NCBI GenBank assembly: GCA_030390025.1
Contig: CM059432.1
Location: 67,520,001 to 67,584,000, forward strand
DNA length: 64,000 bases
Direction of reading: 5' to 3'
DNA from: Squalus acanthias
Taxonomy: Eukaryota
Shown here in pieces: positions 1 through 11,505 of this stretch (positions are counted from its first letter, which is position 1; every line of letters begins with the position of its first letter). The notes under the pieces are model-generated. The model ran no database searches, was not told the DNA's origin, and worked only from the letters and a program-made list of their open reading frames with translations. A program made the translations under genes and the position numbers.

Positions 1-1137
1 ATGAAGGTTCACTAGATTGATCCCTGGGATGAGAGGGTTATCCTATGAGGAGAGATTGAGTAGATTGGGCCTATACTCTCTGGAGTTTAGAAGAATGAGA
101 GGTGATCTCATTGAAACATAAGATTCTGAAGGGGATTGACAGGGTAGATGCTGAGAGCTTGTTTCTCCTGGCTGGAGAGTCTAGAACTAGGGGGCGTAGT
201 CTCAGGATAAGGGGTCGGTCATTTAAGACTGAGATGAGGATGAATTTCTTCACTCAGAGGGTTGTGAATCTTTGGAATTCTCTACCCAAAAAGGCTGTGG
301 ATGCTGAGTCATTGGGCTGGATTTTCATTGACCCGTGGAGGTGGGTTTGGAGGCGTGTGGGGGGTTAAAATTGCAAAACTGGTGGGCGGGCACAAGCCCG
401 CCTCCACGCAATTTTCATGAAATCGTGTCTGCTGGTCCCAACTCCGTCCCGCCTCTAAGAGGTGGGATAGGCTGTTAAGGGCCTTAACAAGCACTAAATT
501 GCCTCTATAATGCTATTTTGAAAGGCCTTTGTGATTTTAACCCTTTTTCTACATGAAGCACGCCTGTTCTGAACGACGAATGTGAAACCTGGCGGGAGCA
601 CATTTCGATGGCTGGCTGGCTATGGGGATGCATATATGGATGGATGCATATCTGGGAGTGGTGGTGTAAAAATATCTGGGAGCAGACTTAGGGTTGCTGC
701 TGCTCATTTTGCATCTAGGTCCTCTCACAGCGAAGGCCAGGCAGTCTTTGAAGACCTTCAATGCAGCAGCAATGATGACATCATCAGAGGCGACTTTCAG
801 ACTGAAAACACTAATTGGTTCATGGGTTACCACATGCTGGAACTCAATTGCCCAATTAGGTGAAAATTGCATCAATCTCCCACATCCAATTGCAGTCGGG
901 TGGTAACACGAAAAGTGGATGACACGACCCCAACCCGCCCCAGTATCAAAATCCAGCCCATTGAGTATATTCAAGACTGAGATAGATCGATTTTTGGACT
1001 GTAGGGGAATCAAAGGATATGAGGATTTGGCGGGAAAGTGGAGTTGAGGTCGAAGATCAGCCCTGATCTTATTGAACGGCAGAGCAGGCTCAAATGGCAT
1101 ATGGCCTACTCCTGCTCTTAATTCTTATGTTCTTATG
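1..1137 (+). mobile_element. CR1 LINE 3' end (ORF2 C-terminus + 3' UTR), interrupted by a Harbinger MITE at 314-959
   Basis: Translation 'RVDAESLF..GESRTRG..LRIRGRSFKTEMRMNFFTQRVVNLWNSLP' is the CR1 ORF2 C-terminus; ends in TTCTTATG tandem tail (~1122-1137); homologous to the reverse-strand copy at 55711-57316. Confidence 0.9.
314..959 (-). mobile_element. Non-autonomous PIF/Harbinger MITE (646 bp), internal deletion derivative of the element at 36718-40978
   Basis: 12-bp TIR GGGCTGGATTTT...AAAATCCAGCCC; 3-bp TSD ATT (311-313, 960-962); both ends align by eye to the reverse complement of the ends of 36718-40978; CR1 sequence is continuous when it is removed. Confidence 0.9.
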
Positions 1138-2127
1138 GTCTTATACACACCACGCCCGATTTTCCTTTCCATTGACTTCTGTTGTCAATCCTCAACTGGC
1201 AGTTTTCTGACCACGCTCAAACTCTAATTTGCGCCCTCTTACTTGGTGTTCATAAATTCCTTCGATTGAATTGCTTACTCCCTAAATTCCTGGTCAACCA
1301 AAACCTCCCAACACCAGCTCCAGCCTGAGCACCACCCCACAGCACAGCTTCAGCCCAGGCTCCAGTCTAGCTTTAGCACTGAAGTATTTGTAGGGGTCTT
1401 ACTGAACTTTTGATGCATCTCTGATTGTAGAGTACACTTCATATCAGCTTAAGGGTTGGTAGACATTATAGAAGCAAAGACATTAGATGTTTTTTTCTTC
1501 ACTAGAAGGATTATCAATAATAATTTTCTTTGGCTCATTCTGTATTTACTTTTTATATAGTAATAGAAACTGACTACAACCTTTCATCAGAAATGTATAT
1601 ATGTGCTCATTTAGAAAGGGAACTCTCAAACTAAAGAATACTGAATCTGGATACACAAAAACATGTGTAGTATGGAGAAGAGTAAGCTTTGTAACATTTT
1701 TAACTTACTTTGTTTTTTATTGTATCTCTTGTCTTGCTAAATTATATACCAATTCTAAATAAGAGTTTAGTAGTGGCTATAGGATTAAATAAAGTTATTG
1801 GGAGTCTTTTTGAGCACTTCTATTTTGAAAACATCATTTGAATTCTGGGATGTTCTGGAAGAACAGCATCCACGAGACTGTTGATGCTTCCCATAAGTCA
1901 AATATGCAGAACAAATGGATTAAAATCTACCAGAATCACCAGGATCACCAACATCCCTGCTCTCTGGACAGGACATTTTTAATGCCTTTTACATTTTTAT
2001 TCCATTCCATCGTGAAAGACATAAAACAGTCGTACAAAAAAAGAAAACTGAAATCAGTTCAGAAATTTTAATGAAGGTTGTTCTTTAAAACTCAAATTTC
2101 CAGTGAAATACTTATTGACATGAATCT

Positions 2128-2321
2128 TGTATGAAGTAATACTGGGCGGCCTGCTGGTGGCGCTGTCCAGGGAGAGTATAAATACTCGGGCATGGGCCCA
2201 GCTTGCTTTGGACATTCCTCAACAGGAACTAGTGAAGGACACAACTAGATCTCCATGTTGGAAAACAGTTGATTAAAGCTTTGCTTAACGCTTAGACCAA
2301 GTGCCTAGTAGTTTTCTTACA
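2128..2321 (+). mobile_element. Probable short solo LTR (Gypsy-like)
   Basis: Starts TGTATGAA, ends TTCTTACA (imperfect inverted TG..CA termini); contains a CTCF-like motif CCTGCTGGTGGCGCT, TATAAA and ATTAAA in LTR order; no clean TSD. Confidence 0.45.
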
Positions 2322-2399
2322 TCACTTATATTTTTCTGGCTTGAATAAACTTTAATAACTTAGTCTTCTGTTCTTTGTCAGATATACAATATAATCCAT

Positions 2400-2910
2400 A
2401 GAGGTTATCAGCCCCCAGTAATTGAGTTCAATGTAGGAAGAGGTTCGATGACCTCACAAGAACAGCAAGGCTGAGTACAACGCTTCATCTCTCCATCTCT
2501 CTCAGTAACATCTGTCAACACTCTTTTCATCCCCATCCCCAGCACTCTCAACAATCCCCAACCCCTCCATCACATCCCTCACCACCAATCACAAGGACGC
2601 ACTGCTACACCACTCTCATTCCACACACACTCACCTCTTCCTTTGCTCTCTTTACATGACACACTAACAGCATTCTCTTCTTACATGCTAGCACTTGCAG
2701 AACCAGCAACCCCTCTCAGCAATCCTTCCTCACTACACATTCCAGACACTTGGCTTTTCATTCATCACCTCCCCATCCTGATACCATCTTGTTTCTTCTA
2801 CACCTCTCAGCAGATGCACTATATACAGAGGCCCTACACATGTTCACTTTTTATCTCAATAATCACTCACAAACTCTCGCCCTCTCTTTCTGCAGGACAA
2901 AATATCTGAG
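2400..2910 (+). pseudogene. Degraded Harbinger Myb/SANT-like gene remnant (exon-1 end, C-rich intron, acceptor)
   Basis: 'QCRKRFDDLTRTAR' at ~2428-2470 matches the QCRKRxxDL end of exon 1 at 37195-37236; followed by a C-rich intron-like tract ending TTCTGCAG as in the intact copy. Confidence 0.5.
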
Positions 2911-3141
2911 CTGGTGCATGGTAAGCATGAGTTCTGTGATGGTGCACTCTCAAAAGGAATCAGCTGCTCTGATGATTCTTCTTCCGCGAGATCCATGGAC
3001 TCCTGCTGCATGCATGAAAGCCCTGTCGGAGAGAAATTATATGAATCAGTACTGGTAAGGTAAGAATGTTGCAACATATTATTATGAAGATGATCATATT
3101 TCACTCGCTGCTGAAATCAAGTAAACATGATAGAGTGTTGT

Positions 3142-3290
3142 ATGATGTGATTCCTTTATTTAAAAAGGGCGACAGAACAAGTCCAGGGAACTATACAACA
3201 ATTAGCTTAACGTCAGTGGTAGGAAAGATAGTGGAATCCTTACTCAAAGATGTAATAGAAAAACATCTAGAAACTGAAAATATAATAATG
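3142..3290 (+). mobile_element. CR1 ORF2 fragment
   Basis: 'VIPLFKKGDRTSPGNYTTISLTSVVGKIVESLLKDVIEKHLE' is the pre-RT motif of CR1. Confidence 0.8.
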
Positions 3291-3294
3291 TCAA

Positions 3295-4360
3295 GAGCTG
3301 AATATTGCCGGCGCTCAGAGTGTGGGTTTGGAGGCAGGTCCACTGTCAAAATCGAAATGTTTGACAGCAGGTTGGGGGTCCGCTCTGAACCTGCCTCCAT
3401 GTAAGTTTCCAAAGTGTCGGGTCTGTGATTTCAGAACAGACCCGACACCAAGCGGCGGGGGAGACATTTAAGATAGTTAAATGCTTGTTAAACATTAGTT
3501 AACTAATATTTTGCCAGCCTCTTTCTATTTTATCACTTTTTTAACGAGGTTCACGTCGTTCGGCGATCACGTCAGGTAAGTAGGTCGGGTTCTTTATGTC
3601 TCGCCATTGCTGTGAATAGGTGACAGCTGCAAAAGTGATATAAAAGCTACCATTTCACAGCTGTTCACTTTCCAATGTCAGAAGCTTGAGCCTTCAGGAC
3701 TTGGAAGACACTTTTGAGCTGTATGCAGTTTGGAAGTGTTTGGAGTAAACTTTCTATCCACTGTTACCTCCTTGGAGCAAGCTCTCTCACCATTGACAGA
3801 TCGCTTCTGTCATCTCAACTTCAGCTGCCATCTATTCCAGCAACATCGGTGCCCTTGAAAAAATCTCACCTTGCTCCTCTGAATACCTCCACGATCAGCC
3901 CCAACACCAACATCACCAGGCACACCAACATCACCAACAACAATACTAACCTTCTCCGCAATCACCTGATGCTGCACAGGACACAGGGCGTCAGCACCCG
4001 ACAACATTGCTTCCCGGGAGGCCAGTGATGGTAACACCATGGCCAGATTTACTTCATTTGATGCTGTACACCCTGGCTGCCACATGATGCATCAGGTTGA
4101 CACCACCCCACACCAGCACCATAAAGCATCCCTACAATGTCCAAGCCATTCATTTCACACTCATCACAATTGGGGGTGGGGGGGAAGTTATGTCTCAACA
4201 TTCACTGGAACTCACTAAGACACTTCCAAAGGTGAGCACAGATCTGTCCAATAAGGTAAAGTGTTGAAAATATAGATTTCAATGTTTGACACGCAGAACC
4301 TACTTCTGGGTTTCATATGCGATATCAGACCCCCCGCTCCCAAAGCGGCAATTTCACCTC
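3295..4360 (+). mobile_element. Non-autonomous Harbinger derivative (family also at 48329-50774 and 60716-62408)
   Basis: Degenerate TIRs GAGCTGAATATTGCC / GGCAATTTCACCTC; left ~170 bp matches the reverse complement of 50610-50774; carries the Q/H-rich transposase N-terminus joined to the 'MARFT' C-terminal tip. Confidence 0.7.
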
Positions 4361-4429
4361 GTCCAGAACAGTAGAACCAGAGGACATGACCTGCTCTTGA
4401 AGGGGGTAAATTAAAAACTAATCTACAGC

Positions 4430-4830
4430 AACAATAGCCCCGTCATCGTCTACATTATCTAGTCCTGTTAGATTCCTAAAAACAACAATAATATCACCTC
4501 CCAATCTTCTCTTTTCCAGTGAGAACATGCCCAATTTACATAATTGTTCCTTCATAATCCAATTCCTCTATCCCCTCAATAATTCTGGTTGCCCTCTTCT
4601 GTATTCTTCCAATAGCTGCAATAACCTTTTAGTACTGTGGCAACCAGAACTGTACACAGTATTCTAAGTGTGGTCGCACCAATGATTTATAAAGTCACAG
4701 GATTGCCTCACTATTTCAGCTCAATATTGACTTTTTAATACAACCCAACATCAAATTTGCTTTACTCACTGCCACCGAGTGTCGTTGTGATAGCTTCAAT
4801 TTATTGTCGATCAGGACCCCCAGATTACTG
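4430..4830 (-). mobile_element. Old CR1 ORF2 3' fragment
   Basis: Reverse strand reads 'LYKSLVRPHLEYCVQFWLP', the CR1 C-terminal motif. Confidence 0.7.
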
Positions 4831-4879
4831 CTTTCTCCTCCTCCTTTTCTGCTCTGGCTTCAAGTGACCCCTCCTGGTC

Positions 4880-5285
4880 CTCTTAGCAAGTGCTGCATTG
4901 GGTATCCTTGGTCCCCTAGTAGACGATCTGCCTGCTCTTTCAAATAATTGTGGCATAGTGGACTGGTTTAAAAAGACATTGTAATGGCTGCCAGGTATTA
5001 CACATTGAGTTGCATTATTCGGTTCCTGTGATCCGACAACACCTGCACAAAAATGGAATGAATGTCTTTCCTATTCATAAATACCTTAGGGTACCTAATG
5101 CCCTAATGGCCACACGTGTGCCATTGATGAGATCCTGGACTTTTGGAAAGCCACCTGGTAAAAGTACTGTTCTCTCTTGTACTGTTGACTTTTTCAAATC
5201 ACAAAAATGATGAAAGTGTTTCCCTTGCCAAACAAGGCTTATATCACTTGTTTAATGCATCGATAGACTGAAAACTGATGTGACA
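4880..5285 (-). pseudogene. Degraded Harbinger transposase fragment
   Basis: Reverse strand gives 'GGFPKVQDLINGTRVAIRA' and 'FMNRKDIHSIFVQVLSDH' (cf. [20 protein letters not shown] / [18 protein letters not shown] at 39770-39905), with frameshifts. Confidence 0.65.
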
Positions 5286-5288
5286 AAT

Positions 5289-6914
5289 GTCACCAGGGGT
5301 GGCGGCACAGTGGTATACAGTCGGGAAGTAGTGGCCCTGGGAGTCCTCAACATTGACTCCGGACCCCATGAAGTCTCATGGCATCAGGTTAAACATGGGC
5401 AATGAAACCTCCTGCTGATTACCAGCTACTGCCCTCCCTCAGCTGATAAATCAGGACTCCTCCAAGTCAAACACCATTTAGAAGAAGCACTGAGGGTAGC
5501 AAGGGTGCAGAATGTACTCTGGGTTGGCGACTTCAATGTCCATCACCAAGAGTGGCATGGTAGCACCACTATTGACTGAGCTGGCCTCGTCCTGAAGGGC
5601 ATAGCTGGCAGACTGGGCTTGCGGCAAGTGGTGAGAGAACCAACATGAGGGAAAATCAACTTGATTTTGTCCTCACCAATCTACCTGTCGCAGATGCATC
5701 TGAGCATGACAGTATTAGTAGGAGTGACCAACGCAGATTTATTGTGGAGACAAAATCTCATCTTCACAATGAGGACACTCTCCATCGTGTCATGTGGCAC
5801 TGCCACCGTGCTAAATGGGATAAATTCGGAACAGATCTAGCAGCTCAAAACAGGGCTGTGGGCCATCAGCAGCAGCATAATTGTATTCCACCACAATCTG
5901 TAACCTCATGGCCCGGCATATCCCTCACTTTACCATTACCATCAAACCAGGCAACCAACCCTGGTTCAATGAGGAGTGTAGAAGAGCATGCCAGGAGGAG
6001 CACCAGGTGTACCTAAAAATGAGGTGCCAACCTGGGGAAACTACAACACAGGACTACATGCACGTTAAACAGCAGAAGCAGCATGCTATAGACAGTGCTA
6101 AGCGATCCTACAACCAACGGATCAGATGAAACCTCTGCAGTCCTATCATATCCAGTCGTGAATGGTGGTGGACCATTAAACAACTAACGGGAGGAGGAGG
6201 CTCCATGAACATCCCCATCCTCAATGATGGCGGAGCCCAGAACATGAGTGCAAAAGACAAGGCTGAAGCGTTTGCAACCATCTTCATCCAGAAGTACGGA
6301 GTGGAAGATCCATCTCGGTCTGCTCCTGAGGTCCCCACAATCACAGGAGTCAGTCTTCAGCCAATTCGATTCACTCCACATGATATCAAGAAATGGCTGA
6401 GCACACTGGATAGAGCAAAGGCTATGGGCCCCGACAACATCCCAGCTGTTGTGCTGAAGACTTGTGCTCCAGAACTAGCCGTGCCTCTAGCCAAGCTATT
6501 CCATATACAGCACTGGCATCTACCCAACAAAATGTAAAATTGCCCAGGTATGTCCTGTCTACAAAAAGCAGGACAAATCCAATCTGGCCAATTACCGTCC
6601 TATCAGCCTGCATTCAATCATCAGCAAAGTTATGGAAGGTGTCGTCGACAGTGCTATCAAGTGGCACTTACTCACCAATAACCTGCTCGCTGATGCTCAG
6701 TGTGGATTCTGCCAGGACCACTCGGCTCCAGACCTCATTACAGCCTTGGTCCAAACATGGACAAAAGAGCTGAATTCCTGAGGTGAGGTGAGAGTGACTG
6801 CCCTTGACATCAAGGCAATTGACCGAGTGTGGCATCAAGGAGCCCTAGTAAAATTGAAGTCAATGGGAATCAGGGGTAAACTCTCCACTGGCTAGAGTCG
6901 TAACTAGCACAAAT
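5289..6914 (+). mobile_element. LINE family B (CR1/Jockey-group, APE endonuclease + RT), truncated, disrupted
   Basis: APE motifs 'GGGTVVY', 'LWVGDFNVHH', 'LDFVLTN'; pre-RT 'KAMGPDNIPAVVLKTCAPELAVPLAKLF', 'ALDIKA'; stops and frameshifts. Confidence 0.88.
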
Positions 6915-7108
6915 AAATACCGTTTCTGTTAACTGCAATTTATTTTATAGTCTTTAAAGTTCTAACTTAAGTTCAAAATGTTAAACTAAATTTCACTTTT
7001 TACAGCTAGTACTCACCCAGTACTTACCAGAGACTTCCACTCTCTCCAAATTCCCAACTTTAACAATTTGTTTAAATGCACTTTTTTTAAGACCACTCTG
7101 TGCAGACC

Positions 7109-8540
7109 ACTCACCGAATCTCCCACTGTCAACATTCTGGGTGATCACCATTGACCAGAAACTTAATTGGACCAGCCATATAAATACAGTGCCTACAAGA
7201 GCAGGTCAGAACTAGGTATTTTGTGGTGAGTGACTCACCTTCTGACTCCCCAAAGCATTTCCAACACCTACAAGGCACAAGTCAGGATTGTGATGGCGTC
7301 GTCGACAGTGCTATCAAGGGGCACTTACTCACCAATAACCTGCTCATCGATGCTCAGTTTGGGTTCTGCCAGGACCACTCAGCTCCAGACCTCATTACAG
7401 CCTTGGTCCAAACATGGACAAAAGAGCTAAATTACAGAGGTTAGGTGAGAATGACTGCCCTTGACATCAAGGCAGCATTTGACTGAGTGTGGCATCAAGG
7501 AGCCCTAGTAAAATTGAAGTCAATATGAATCAGGGGGAAAACTCTCCACTGGCTGGATTCATACTTTGCACAAAGGAAGGTGGTTGTGATTGTTGGAGGC
7601 CAATCATCTCAACTCCAGGGCTTCGCTGCAGACTTCCTCAGGGCAGTGTCCTAGGCCCAATCATCTTCAGCTGCTTCATCAATGACCTTCCCTCCATCAT
7701 AAGGTCAGAAGTGGGGATGTTCGCTGATGACTGCACAGTGTTCAGTTCCTTTTGCAACGCCTCAGATAATGAAGCAGTCTATGCCCGCATGCAGCAAGAC
7801 CTGGACGCCATTCAGACTTGGGCTGATAAGTGGCAAGTAACATTCACGCCACACAAGTGCCAGGCAATGACCATCTCCAACAAGCGAGAAGCTAACCACC
7901 GCCCCATAACATTCAATGGCATTACCATCGCCAAATCCCCCACCATCAACATCCTGGGAGGTCAACATTGACCAGAAACTTAACTGGACAGGCCACATAA
8001 ATACTGTGGCTACAAGAGCAGGTCAGAGGCTTGGTATTCTATGGCGAGTGTCTCACCTCCTGACTCCGCAAAGCCTTTCCACCATCTACAAGGCACAAGT
8101 CAGAGTGTGATGGAATACTCTCCACTTGCCTGAGTGAGTGCAGCTCCAACAACAGTCAAGAAGCTCAACACCATCCAGAAAAAAGCTGCGAGTGGCTGCA
8201 ATGTGTATCATCTACAAGATGCACTGCAGCAACTCGCCAAGGCTTCTTAGACAGCACCTCCTAAACCCGCGACCTTTACCACCTAGGAGATCAAGGCAGC
8301 AGGCACATGGGAACAACCACCTCCAAATTCCCCTCCAAGTCACACACTATCCTGACTTGGGAATATATCGCTGTTCCTTCATCGTCCCTACCTAGCAGCA
8401 CTGTGGGAGTACCTTCACCACATGGACTGCAGCAGTTCAAGAATGCGGCTCACCACCACTATCTCAAGGGCAATTAGGAATGGGCAATAAATGCTGGCCT
8501 TGCCAGCGATGCCCACATCCCATGAATGAATAAATTAAAA
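7109..8540 (+). mobile_element. LINE family B RT and 3' end, internally rearranged
   Basis: RT 'PQGSVLGPIIFSCFINDLPSIIRSEVGMFADDCTVF'; 3' tail GGGCAATTAGGAATGGGCAATAAATGCTGGCCTTGCCAGCGATGCCCACATCCCATGAATGAAT shared with copies ending at ~30501 and ~50358. Confidence 0.88.
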
Positions 8541-9141
8541 ACAAACTCCTGAGATAAGTTGAGTGGGCAGCAGATGCCTGAGCTGCAATCACATCTACTT
8601 TTGTTTTCTCTGTATCAATTCCAAAAATGCGGCTGCAAACACCTAGTAGTCCAGCAAAGACTATGGAGGTACAACTATGTGAAAAGTAAAAGAAAAACTT
8701 TAAATGCAATACTATACTGTCAATCACACCTTTAAGAATTAATCTTCTAAAGGCCAGAGCAGTAAATCCCAACAGTGCCCATTTGAAAACAGGCAAGCAG
8801 CAGAAAAAGATTGAACAGGAGAAAAAGCTCATTGATTTTTGCACAGGGCCAATTTATATAAAGTTGACTAAAGTTATGAAGTGTAATAAGACTCGCCTAC
8901 GTCACTGAATTTGATGCAATGTGAATCAGGCTTTCAAGGTACTTCCACCTTCAACCCCACCAGGATGGCCTGAGGGCGCTCCGCTTCTTCCTTGAACAGA
9001 GGCCCAACCAGTCCCCTTCCACCACCACCCTCCTTCGCCTGGCTGAACTTGTTCTCACATTAACCAACTTCTCCTTTGAGTCCACTCACTTCCTCCAAAT
9101 TAAAGGTGTTGCTATGGGAACCCGCATGGGTCCTAGCTATG

Positions 9142-9310
9142 ATAGCAAAATACTGCGGATGCTGGAAATCCGAAATAACAACAGAAAACGCTGGAAAAAC
9201 TCAGCAGGCCAGGCTGATGAAAGGTCATCGACCTGATTCGTCAACTCTCTTTCTTTCTCCACGGATGCTGCCTGGCCTGCTGAGTTTTTCCAGCGTTTTC
9301 TGTTGTTATT
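9142..9310. mobile_element. Fold-back mini-Penelope (pLTR hairpin) inserted in the PLE RT region
   Basis: 15-bp TSD TGGGTCCTAGCTATG (9127-9141, 9311-9325); ~40-bp inverted arms (~9173-9213 / ~9271-9311) made of pLTR sequence. Confidence 0.85.
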
Positions 9311-10618
9311 TGGGTCCTAGCTATGCCTGCCTTTTTGTGGGATATGTGGAACATTCTTTGTTCCAGTCCTATCAGGTCCCCTTCCTCAACTCTTTTTCCG
9401 GTACATTGATGACTGTATCAGTGCCGTTTCTTGCTCTCGCCCTGAACTAGAAAATTTCATTCACTTTGCTTCCAACTCCCACCCTTCCCTCACCTTCACA
9501 TGGTTCATCTCCGATTCTTTCCTTCCCTTCCTCGACTTCTCTGTCTCCATCTCTGGGGATAGGCTATTGACAAACATTCACTATAAGCCTACTGACTCCC
9601 ACAGCTACCTGGACTACACTTCCTCCCACCCCGCTTCCTGTAAGGACTCTATTCCATTCTCCCAGTTTCTCCGTCTCCGCTGCATCTGCTCTGACGATGC
9701 CACCTTCCATACCAGTGCTTCCGACATGTCTTCCTTTTTCCTCAACCGAGGATTCCCCTCTACTGTTGTTGACACGTCCCTTGACCGTGTCCATTCTATT
9801 TCCCGCACTTCTGCACTCACCCCTTCCCCTCCCTCCCGGAACCACGATAGTGCTCCCCTTGTCCTCACCTTTCACCCCACCAGCCTCCACATTCAACGGA
9901 TCATCCTCCGCCATTTCCGCTACCTCCAGTGTGATCCCACCACCAAACACATCTTCCCCTCACCTCCCCTTTCAGCATTCCGAAGAGACTGCTCCCCTGG
10001 TCCACTCCTCTATCACCCCCAGCACCCCTTCCCCTTCTCCCGTCACCTTCACGTGCAAGCGCAGAAGATGCAACACATGCCCTTTTACATCTTCCCTGTC
10101 CAGGGCCCCAAAAACTCCTTCCAGGTGAAACAGCGATTTACTTGTACTTCTTGCAATTTAGTATACTGTATTCGCTGCTCACGATGTGGTCTCCTCTACA
10201 TTGGGGAGACCAAACACAGATTGGGTGACCGCTTTGCGGAACACCACCGTTCAGTCCGTAAGGGTGACCCCGAGCTTCTGGTCGCCTGTCACTTTAATTC
10301 TCTGCTCCACTCCCACTCTGACCTCTCTGTCCTCGGCCTCTTACACTGTTCCAATGAAGCTCAACGTAAGCTCGAGGACCAGCAACTCATCTTTCGATTA
10401 GGCATTTTACAGCCTTCTGAACTCAACATCGAGTTCAACAATTTCAGACCATAACCTCTGCCCCTATCATTTTTTCATTTTTTTCTCTCTCTCTCACATG
10501 ACAGCTGTCAATTATTCTGCCATTGCAATTTACATTTCATCTAGAGTCATCTTTTGTTTCATAACTTGTCCCATTACCATCTCCTCTTGCCTTGCACCAT
10601 CATCCCTTTTGTCTCTTA

Positions 10619-11347
10619 GGGGGAAAAATTGAGTCGCACCCCCTTTTAGCGCCCCGGAAAAATTAGCGCCCCCACGGCCAAAATTGAGTGGTAGGGCCCC
10701 AAGAGGGAAGCGGGGCGCTACTGGAAGTGCCCCGCCTCACTCTTGGGGCACTGCGAGGGAATATCGCGGCGCAATGTGCCGCAGCGCCATGTGCTGCGGC
10801 ACGTCGTACCGCGGTATTGCAGGCCTTCCTCCCCTTCTTAAAGGGAAGGGGCCTTGCGCAGCGCGACCCAGGGCCCAGCTGGGCCACCAGGGATCGGAGT
10901 GCCGGTAAAGGAGCCCGGCACTCAAGAGAAGTGCCGGGCTCATGGAGCGCAGCCGGCACTCCGTAGGGGGCGGGTCTGGAGGCCGGGGACGGCAGTGGAG
11001 GCAGGTGCTGGCAGGTGACCAGCAACAAAAATGGCCGCCCGGCACCTCGCCTTTAAATAGTGCCGCCCTGGCTGCAGGTAGGCCCCCCTGACCCCGTCAG
11101 ACATAGCGTCCGGCGGTAATTCAGGGGGCGTTACCAAAGATCGCGGCTGGGGCGCTGCGCACGGCGGTGACGTCATCACCGGCGGCACAGCATTGCGGGA
11201 TGCTAACGGTTAGCACCACCGCTAACTTTCCGCTGAATTTCGCGGGAGGCGTTGTCGGCGCAGCACCCGGGCGCTAGTTGCTTTGTGCCCCGTTAGAGCC
11301 CTCTTAGGACGCTAACGGGAGGCGCAAAGCAACCAAATGTTTCCCCT
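10619..11347 (+). mobile_element. GC-rich Harbinger-type MITE (family M)
   Basis: TIR GGGGGAAAAATT / AAATGTTTCCCCT; TSD TTA (10616-10618, 11348-11350); repeated TTAGCGCCC/GCGCTAA motifs; homologs at 14792, 29410, 33598, 52224. Confidence 0.85.
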
Positions 11348-11461
11348 TTAATCTCTCCTGCCTTCCATCCTATCACTGACCTTCCCTTTTGTTCTTTCCT
11401 CCCCTCCCCCCTTTCCCTGCTCCTACACTTGCTTAAAAACCTGTTCCATCTCCAACTTTTT

Positions 11462-11505
11462 CCAGTTCTGATGAAGGGTCATCGACCTGAAACATTAACT
11501 CTGTT
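11462..11505 (+). ncRNA. Minimal hammerhead ribozyme motif in PLE pLTR
   Basis: CTGATGA (11468-11474), stem II AGGGTC-ATC-GACCT, GAAAC; PLE pLTRs are known to carry minimal type I hammerheads. Confidence 0.7.

Noticed and set aside
10663..11188. Multiple overlapping Ala/Pro/Arg-rich ORFs and a possible host CpG-island promoter (also 14763-15397, 29407-29864, 52294-52883)
   Set aside because: By-product of GC-rich MITEs bounded by TIRs
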